From positions 64,001-75,554 of the IMG/VR virus record IMGVR_UViG_3300010355_001317: DNA of 11,554 nt, one strand, 5' to 3'. The translations under genes and the position numbers were made by a program. The DNA is from a virus (Duplodnaviria > Heunggongvirae > Uroviricota > Caudoviricetes). Shown piece by piece: positions 6,653-11,504 of this stretch; the first letter of the stretch is position 1, and every line of letters starts with the position of its first letter. The notes beneath the pieces were generated by a model. It was not told the origin of the DNA and ran no database searches. It saw nothing but the letters and a program-made list of their open reading frames with translations.

Positions 6653-7054
6653 TCAGATTATTTCGCTTTCATGAAACTCTGAATCAAGAACATTCTTACA
6701 CTTAGAACAAATGTAAAGATGTTCTCCAGGAAAACCAGAAACCCATTCTCCTTCTTGGCAACCACATTCACAAGAAGGAGGAGTATGCATGGTTTCATCT
6801 ACTTCAGAAAGAAACTCAGAAAGAGTAATGGTATGATTAAACCTATCAGCAAAAGCAATAGTAATATTATCATAACCATATGTCTTTGAAGAACCAATAA
6901 TCATCTCTTCTCTGAGGCCGAGATGAATTACAATGTCTTCTCCTTTATGAGTAAAAGAATATTCTGTATATCCATAAGGATCATGCTTAGGACCTTCTGT
7001 ACCAGTAGTAATAGATACTGTACCAATATTAATAAGAGTTAGATTCTTTTCCAT
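6653..7054 (-). CDS. Hypothetical protein with C-terminal putative zinc ribbon (133 aa)
   Basis: AGGAGG RBS. CECG...CSKC near the C-terminus. Confidence 0.8.
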   Translation of the reverse strand: MEKNLTLINIGTVSITTGTEGPKHDPYGYTEYSFTHKGEDIVIHLGLREEMIIGSSKTYGYDNITIAFADRFNHTITLSEFLSEVDETMHTPPSCECGCQEGEWVSGFPGEHLYICSKCKNVLDSEFHESEII

Positions 7055-7080
7055 TTACATTCCTCCTATTCTTAATTAAA

Positions 7081-7245
7081 TTACATAACCATATTAATAT
7101 CATAGAGAGTACCCATATACTGCTCATATGCAGACTTACCAAGATAACCATTTTGATAAAGTATAGTTATCTTATCTTTAGCTTCAGGATAAGTAAGTTT
7201 ATCAGCAATGAAGTCATTAAGAATATCTCTTACTTGAATAGACAT
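7081..7245 (-). CDS. Hypothetical protein MSIQVRDILNDFIADKLTYPEAKDKITILYQNGYLGKSAYEQYMGTLYDINMVM (54 aa, not in ORF track)
   Basis: AAGGAG RBS. Starts 3 nt after the upstream stop and fills the gap. Confidence 0.7.
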   Translation of the reverse strand: MSIQVRDILNDFIADKLTYPEAKDKITILYQNGYLGKSAYEQYMGTLYDINMVM

Positions 7246-7248
7246 AAT

Positions 7249-7497
7249 TTAAATCTCCTTTGGATCAACTATTTTGATAGTACCATCTAAAAGAAACTTT
7301 CTAAATTTCTCCTTAGATAGAAAATAACCATCACGCCCTCCAACCCTTGAAACCACAAGCATATTAGATTGCATAGAACGTTCTCTGTGCGTCATGTAGT
7401 TTCTATGATTCTTCCAGAGCAAAATCTGCTTATTTGCATACTCTGTTCTTTGAACTCCATCTTCATCCCGAAAAGTTTTTGTAAATTTTATTATCAT
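7249..7497 (-). CDS. Hypothetical protein, family F1, LDGT subtype (82 aa)
   Basis: MIIKFT, DEDG, LWKNHRNY and FRKFLLDGTIKIV. Close paralog of 9753..10019. Confidence 0.85.
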   Translation of the reverse strand: MIIKFTKTFRDEDGVQRTEYANKQILLWKNHRNYMTHRERSMQSNMLVVSRVGGRDGYFLSKEKFRKFLLDGTIKIVDPKEI

Positions 7498-7523
7498 AGC
7501 ATCCTTTGGTTACTATAAGTGAA

Positions 7524-7566
7524 TTAAGTATGTACTCACTATATAAGATAGAGAGTACATAGTTAA
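7524..7566. other. Intergenic imperfect inverted repeat (possible terminator, processing site or operator)
   Basis: TATGTACTC (7529-7537) pairs with GAGTACATA (7553-7561), with further inner and outer pairs. No clean U-tract. Confidence 0.4.
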
Positions 7567-7567
7567 A

Positions 7568-7999
7568 TTACTTATAAGTAATATTATTGTTCTCATCGAC
7601 AGCAAAGTGACAATGATACTTATCCGAAGATGTGTAATCTCCAGGAGTAAGTACTTTAAGATATTCTTGGGTACCGAGGCAATCACTCTTATAATAAGCA
7701 ACAAGAGTACTATCAGGCAATCGAATAAGCACTTCTCCATCTGTATTACCGCAGACATGAATAACCTCTATGGAAGCATCATTACCATCTTCTCCATCCT
7801 GACCATCTTCTCCGTTATAAATAGTAACCGTCTGATCCCCGCACTTGAGAGTATAACCATCCTGAATCTTTGTTGCTTTACATTGCTCCATCTGAATGAT
7901 TGGAAGAAGCACTTGCTTCTCCTCTGCATCGCAGGCAAAGAAAAGAAAACTCAGATTCATCAAAAGCATGAGAGAAAGAATAGATAAAGTAAACTTCAT
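7568..7999 (-). CDS. Predicted lipoprotein or exported protein with a short collagen-like (G-x-D)4 segment (143 aa)
   Basis: AAGGAG RBS before the ATG at 7999. Hydrophobic signal ending FFA-C23. GEDGQDGEDGND encoded at 7778-7813. Four further Cys. Confidence 0.8.
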   Translation of the reverse strand: MKFTLSILSLMLLMNLSFLFFACDAEEKQVLLPIIQMEQCKATKIQDGYTLKCGDQTVTIYNGEDGQDGEDGNDASIEVIHVCGNTDGEVLIRLPDSTLVAYYKSDCLGTQEYLKVLTPGDYTSSDKYHCHFAVDENNNITYK

Positions 8000-8066
8000 A
8001 AAGCACTCCTTTTGTATAGTAGTATAAAAGACCAATCTTTAGATAAGATAAAGACAATAGAAAGTC

Positions 8067-8123
8067 TATATACTTATAGTTATTTTCAAGGTAACTTGAT
8101 TTAGAAAGAATTTGTTGCTCATC
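8067..8123 (-). pseudogene. Frameshifted relic of an F3 C-terminal tail plus downstream intergenic sequence
   Basis: 48 of 57 aligned positions are identical to 5731-5786. Removing one T gives the reading DEQQILLNQ. Confidence 0.5.
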
Positions 8124-8128
8124 CTTCT

Positions 8129-8341
8129 TCATGGTATAATAGTTATGATTCCTTCTCTAAGCCATTTTCTTAGATATTCAGGACCAGCAGTAAATGCAAA
8201 AGTTATTCTTATATCCTCGGGTGTAAATCTAAGTAAGAACCATTCCTTATCATTTACAGTTTGCGTTGTAGCACTAACTTTCCATACCCCACAAACTACC
8301 TCAGCTTCAATACGATAAGGTTTATTAAATTGTATTTTCAT
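8129..8341 (-). CDS. Hypothetical protein, family F1 (70 aa)
   Basis: MKIQFN...YLRKWLREGIITII (F replaced by L). Confidence 0.8.
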   Translation of the reverse strand: MKIQFNKPYRIEAEVVCGVWKVSATTQTVNDKEWFLLRFTPEDIRITFAFTAGPEYLRKWLREGIITIIP

Positions 8342-8353
8342 AATATTTATCTT

Positions 8354-8602
8354 TTAGTTAGATTGATTAAGAATTATCTGATCTGCATCAGCAAGGATAC
8401 ATATACCAACAGAAGAACTAGCAAGTTCAGCTAATCTTCTTTTTGCAGTATGCAATCTAGAACGTCGATCTTTTGCAATACATTCACATAAAGGTCTATC
8501 AAATAAAGCAGCAAGACAATGAGTGCAGCTAATGTTTCTACAATCACCCTCTTGTATGATAAACTTTGTAAGTATTTCTATCTTCTCTTCTTTTGAAAGC
8601 AT
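8354..8602 (-). CDS. Cys-cluster hypothetical protein, family F3 (82 aa)
   Basis: Start re-placed at MLSKEEKIE to match the paralog MISKEKKIE. CRNISCTHC-x9-C and tail DADQIILNQSN. Confidence 0.85.
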   Translation of the reverse strand: MLSKEEKIEILTKFIIQEGDCRNISCTHCLAALFDRPLCECIAKDRRSRLHTAKRRLAELASSSVGICILADADQIILNQSN

Positions 8603-8615
8603 ATAGCATATTCCT

Positions 8616-8846
8616 TTAGATATAAAGAATAGTATCAATAATAGATAACTTCTTGAGTTTAAAAGCTTTACCAAGGTGTTCATCAAAGGAACATCCTAAT
8701 ATAGTTTCTAACTTCTTAAGCTTAGAAGAAGAAAGAATATAAGCATCTCTCTTCTTGAAAGAATAAGCAGTATTGGGATTCTCAACATCAAAGTTCTTGC
8801 AAAAGTATCCTTTATTGCAGGTGATAAAGTAATAAGTATTCCTCAT
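8616..8846 (-). CDS. Hypothetical protein (76 aa)
   Basis: Fits the packing between two F3 genes. No family recognised. Confidence 0.7.
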   Translation of the reverse strand: MRNTYYFITCNKGYFCKNFDVENPNTAYSFKKRDAYILSSSKLKKLETILGCSFDEHLGKAFKLKKLSIIDTILYI

Positions 8847-8858
8847 AGTATTTCTCTT

Positions 8859-9101
8859 TTAGATAGATTGATTAAGAATGATAGGTGCTTCCTCATTATC
8901 AAAAGAGATAGAACCAGTGAGTTCAGCTAATCTCTTCTCAGCTAATTCCAGCCTACGAGAATGATACTTTTCTTTACAAGGACCAGGACGATCCTCATTG
9001 AATAGAGCAGGAAAACAGTGGAAACAATCAATACCGAGACATGCACCCTTTTGCTTAATGATATTTTTAAGCGTTTCTATTTTCTTTTCTTTTGAAATCA
9101 T
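8859..9101 (-). CDS. Cys-cluster hypothetical protein, family F3 (80 aa)
   Basis: CLGIDCFHC-x12-C, RLAEL and tail EEAPIILNQSI. Confidence 0.85.
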   Translation of the reverse strand: MISKEKKIETLKNIIKQKGACLGIDCFHCFPALFNEDRPGPCKEKYHSRRLELAEKRLAELTGSISFDNEEAPIILNQSI

Positions 9102-9107
9102 AAGTAA

Positions 9108-9416
9108 TTACTTCCTTTTAGCTAGAATTAAAATTGATTTGATAAGTTCTTCAGGAGTATGATACTTAAGCAAAACATTTAACTCATCTTCAAGATTAAG
9201 ATAATCTCTCTCTTCGAAGTAATCAAGATCACCCCATGCCCACATATATTCCGGATCAGGACTATCATAAAAAGAAGCACTAGGTCCACCTGCTTTCTTA
9301 CATTTATGCCAGTTACCATCTAACATGAAGTCCATTTCACCGTCTTCGTTCCATTCCTGTGATCTTTCAGAAAGAGAACATTTATAATATCTACCTGCTA
9401 CAAATCTTGTAATCAT
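9108..9416 (-). CDS. Hypothetical protein (102 aa)
   Basis: AAGG RBS and fits the operon packing. Trp/Asp-rich N-terminal part with a helical C-terminus. Confidence 0.75.
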   Translation of the reverse strand: MITRFVAGRYYKCSLSERSQEWNEDGEMDFMLDGNWHKCKKAGGPSASFYDSPDPEYMWAWGDLDYFEERDYLNLEDELNVLLKYHTPEELIKSILILAKRK

Positions 9417-9431
9417 ACCTTTGTCTTTCCT

Positions 9432-9521
9432 TTATCTTATATAAGTAGATATATGAGCAGACTTAAGAGTAAAGATAATGATAAGAATAGAACAAAAGAG
9501 AATACCAATGAGATAAATCAT
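9432..9521 (-). CDS. Small membrane peptide MIYLIGILFCSILIIIFTLKSAHISTYIR (29 aa, not in ORF track)
   Basis: Fills the gap between genes and has a single hydrophobic segment. The RBS is weak. Confidence 0.5.
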   Translation of the reverse strand: MIYLIGILFCSILIIIFTLKSAHISTYIR

Positions 9522-9531
9522 ATATTAGTAC

Positions 9532-9756
9532 CTATTCCTTTTCTAGAGCTATAAGACCTGTTCGTATAGATAATCTAAAATCAGAATCATTGACAAACAT
9601 TGTTGGGGCATCAGCAGTTATAGGATCAAGCTGTATAATATCACCATTCTTCTTCTTAAAGATAGAAACAGAATATTTAATTCCCTTCTTAATACGAGGA
9701 GCAGTTTCATGCCCAGGATTAGTATTCTTATAATCACGAAGAAAGATAACTATCAT
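9532..9756 (-). CDS. Hypothetical protein, family F1 (74 aa)
   Basis: MIVIFL...DFRLSIRTGLIALE. ATGA overlap with the upstream gene. Confidence 0.8.
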   Translation of the reverse strand: MIVIFLRDYKNTNPGHETAPRIKKGIKYSVSIFKKKNGDIIQLDPITADAPTMFVNDSDFRLSIRTGLIALEKE

Positions 9757-10019
9757 ATTGAATCACCTTGAGTAAGAATGATAATAGTACCATCCAAAAC
9801 AAACTTCCTAAATCTAGTAATAGAAAGAAACCATCCAGCAAATTTAGTATCAGGATAAGGACGACCAATAATAAGCATATCCTGTTGTCCATGACGACGA
9901 TGAGTGACAGAGTGATAGTTAGGATGATCCTTCCAAAGAAAGACCAACCATATCTTCTTTAAATCATCTCTATTATAACCATCTTCGTCTTTAATAGGTG
10001 AAGTGAATCTTATTTGCAT
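9753..10019 (-). CDS. Hypothetical protein, family F1, LDGT subtype (88 aa)
   Basis: MQIRFT, DEDG, LWKDHPNY and FRKFVLDGTIIIL. Confidence 0.85.
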   Translation of the reverse strand: MQIRFTSPIKDEDGYNRDDLKKIWLVFLWKDHPNYHSVTHRRHGQQDMLIIGRPYPDTKFAGWFLSITRFRKFVLDGTIIILTQGDSI

Positions 10020-10177
10020 AAGTTAGTACCATGACAGATAGGACATCTTTTAGAATAGAAAGGAATGATAAGAATCCAAACACCAGAAGTAAAGAGACAG
10101 AGAATAAGAGTACCTATTCCAATCTTTCTATGAGGATGAACTCTTTGATTACAATTAGAACAAAATTTAGTAGACAT
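10010..10177 (-). CDS. LITAF-like zinc-ribbon membrane peptide MSTKFCSNCNQRVHPHRKIGIGTLILCLFTSGVWILIIPFYSKRCPICHGTNLCK (55 aa, not in ORF track)
   Basis: AAGGAG RBS. CxxC and CPxC knuckles flank a ~22-residue hydrophobic segment. It overlaps the next start codon. Confidence 0.75.
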   Translation of the reverse strand: MSTKFCSNCNQRVHPHRKIGIGTLILCLFTSGVWILIIPFYSKRCPICHGTNLCK

Positions 10178-10197
10178 AGTACTAAGAATCTCCTTAA

Positions 10198-10608
10198 TTA
10201 CTCTTCAATAAAAGCACCTAATAATTCTAGACCAGATTTGAGTAGTAAAGCATTTTCTATATTAGAAGATTTAATTGATAGCAAATATTGTGAGAATATA
10301 TAATTAAGAAAATCTACATATTCCCTCTGAACAAAAGAAAAAGTATTTCTAGGGGTAGCTTTTATTAACTCAAAGCAAGTGGAATGATAAGTATCCCTAT
10401 AATCACCAATAGATAAAGTATAGATTGTATAAGGTTCAGAACTTAAATCAACAGATTTAATGTAACCAATATCATTTATCTTAGGAAGAGAAGTATTTCT
10501 TTTAGATTTATCACATTCCCAAAGAGTAGCTTGTGATAAAGAAGTTATCTTAACAAGATCACCAGTTCTAAAAGCTTTATACTTATATTCATCATAGTTA
10601 AGATGCAT
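10198..10608 (-). CDS. Hypothetical protein, N-terminal half possibly an SH3/KOW-like barrel (136 aa)
   Basis: FRTGDLVKIT...IGYIKSVD...YTIY...FELI pattern (inference). AAGG RBS. Confidence 0.8.
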   Translation of the reverse strand: MHLNYDEYKYKAFRTGDLVKITSLSQATLWECDKSKRNTSLPKINDIGYIKSVDLSSEPYTIYTLSIGDYRDTYHSTCFELIKATPRNTFSFVQREYVDFLNYIFSQYLLSIKSSNIENALLLKSGLELLGAFIEE

Positions 10609-10772
10609 TATTCACCTTCTATGTGTTAGATATAGAACAAAGTAAGTTTGATTTATAATATATAACTTGATTAAGATTAATGAGTAGATTTACGCGATTT
10701 GGGCGTAGATGCGCCGTCTCCCGCATGCCCTACAACATTAAAACTTTACAAATTATTACCATCTATCCGAAT

Positions 10773-10946
10773 TTACTCATTCATCTTATCAAGACTATCG
10801 AGAATCATGAATCCTACAAGGAGAATTGCTTCTACGATGAATAGTGTCCTTCTTCCTTCAATAGTTATAGTAGTACTAATTAGATTTCCTATACTAAAAA
10901 CAAGAAGAAAGATGATTATAATACTTCTGTATATCTTGATTCTCAT
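10773..10946 (-). CDS. Small two-helix membrane protein (57 aa, MRIKIYRSIIII...)
   Basis: Start re-placed at 10946 behind an AAGGAG RBS. Two hydrophobic segments. Confidence 0.7.
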   Translation of the reverse strand: MRIKIYRSIIIIFLLVFSIGNLISTTITIEGRRTLFIVEAILLVGFMILDSLDKMNE

Positions 10947-10995
10947 TATAATCTCCTTATTTCTGCACGTTATTAAAAAAGCGTTGAATGATTCA

Positions 10996-11127
10996 TGGGC
11001 AAGAACCGCCATTTTCTCTTCTTCTTGACCTTCCACCAGGACCGAATTTCATATGTTTTCGGTCCTTTTTCTATGATTTTTAAAAGATAAAATGGTTATA
11101 CTTTGACTGGGCAAGAACCGCCATTTT
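10996..11127. repeat. Exact 20-bp direct repeat TGGGCAAGAACCGCCATTTT (10996-11015 and 11108-11127)
   Basis: Both copies were read directly and are 112 nt apart. Confidence 0.9.
11038..11070 (+). terminator. Possible intrinsic terminator for plus-strand (antisense) transcription
   Basis: AGGACCGAA pairs with TTCGGTCCT (9 bp, 11-nt loop), followed by TTTT on the plus strand only. Confidence 0.4.
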
Positions 11128-11316
11128 TTAATGAATAGATACTATAAGTTTTGCTTCTATCTTCTTGATCATCTCTCTCGTCTCTTCTACTACTTTCCAT
11201 TGTTCTTTGAAGAATTCTAGAGTAATCTGCTTCTTTGAAAGTTTATGAAGAAGACGATTCTCTACTTCTTTAAGACTTGACCTTAGTATTTGTATGTCTT
11301 GTTTTGTTGCTTTCAT
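11128..11316 (-). CDS. Hypothetical coiled-coil-like protein (62 aa)
   Basis: AAGGAG RBS. Heptad-like charged helical sequence. Confidence 0.75.
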   Translation of the reverse strand: MKATKQDIQILRSSLKEVENRLLHKLSKKQITLEFFKEQWKVVEETREMIKKIEAKLIVSIH

Positions 11317-11349
11317 TTATATCTTTCTCCTTTTCAGAAGTTTTGATTC

Positions 11350-11399
11350 AAAAAAAGTTGCTCCTTACTAAGAATTACGCTATCATCCTAGTAAGGAGC
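11350..11399 (-). terminator. Rho-independent terminator downstream of the tRNA
   Basis: GCTCCTTACTA pairs with TAGTAAGGAGC (11 bp, extendable with G-U pairs), followed by AACTTTTTTT on the minus strand. Confidence 0.75.
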
Positions 11400-11431
11400 T
11401 CACATGGAGTATTTAAGGGGGTTAAAGCATT

Positions 11432-11504
11432 CGTCCCGAGAAGGAATCGGACCTTCGACCGACTGCTTAGAAGGCAGTTGCTCTATCCACTGAGCTACCG
11501 GGAC
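11432..11504 (-). tRNA. tRNA-Arg (anticodon UCU), 73 nt, CCA not encoded
   Basis: Full cloverleaf: acceptor GTCCCGG/TCGGGAC, D stem GCTC/GAGC, anticodon arm ACTGC-CTTCTAA-GCAGT, T arm GAAGG-TCCGATT-CCTTC, discriminator G followed by AAT. Confidence 0.95.

Noticed and set aside
7513-8132. Minus-strand ORFs 7513..7758 and 7878..8132
   Set aside because: Both overlap the lipoprotein gene 7568..7999 extensively out of frame. The start of 7878..8132 is better explained as the F3 tail relic.
361-10019. Diversity-generating retroelement or DNA-level repeat as the source of F1 variation
   Set aside because: There is no reverse transcriptase or TR/VR pair, and F1 members differ at all bases, including synonymous positions, not only at adenines.
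10645-10685. TCTTAATCAAGTTA and TAAATCAAACTTAC (LINLNQV reading) resembling the F3 tail DNA
   Set aside because: These are short AT-rich matches with no acidic residues, RBS or Cys domain, so chance is likely.
10996-11127. Direct repeats as a CRISPR array
   Set aside because: There are only two 20-bp copies, the 92-nt spacer is too long, and no cas genes are present.
361-11316. Stop-codon reassignment (code 15 or 4), as seen in some large phages
   Set aside because: TAG (5044, 5751, 6037, 9532) and TGA (1189, 3789, 4624, 8129) fall at paralog-consistent C-termini immediately before the next start, so code 11 fits.
11400-11431. HDV-like theta ribozyme in the tRNA 3' trailer
   Set aside because: I cannot draw a nested double pseudoknot; the trailer is a short linker followed by an ordinary terminator hairpin.
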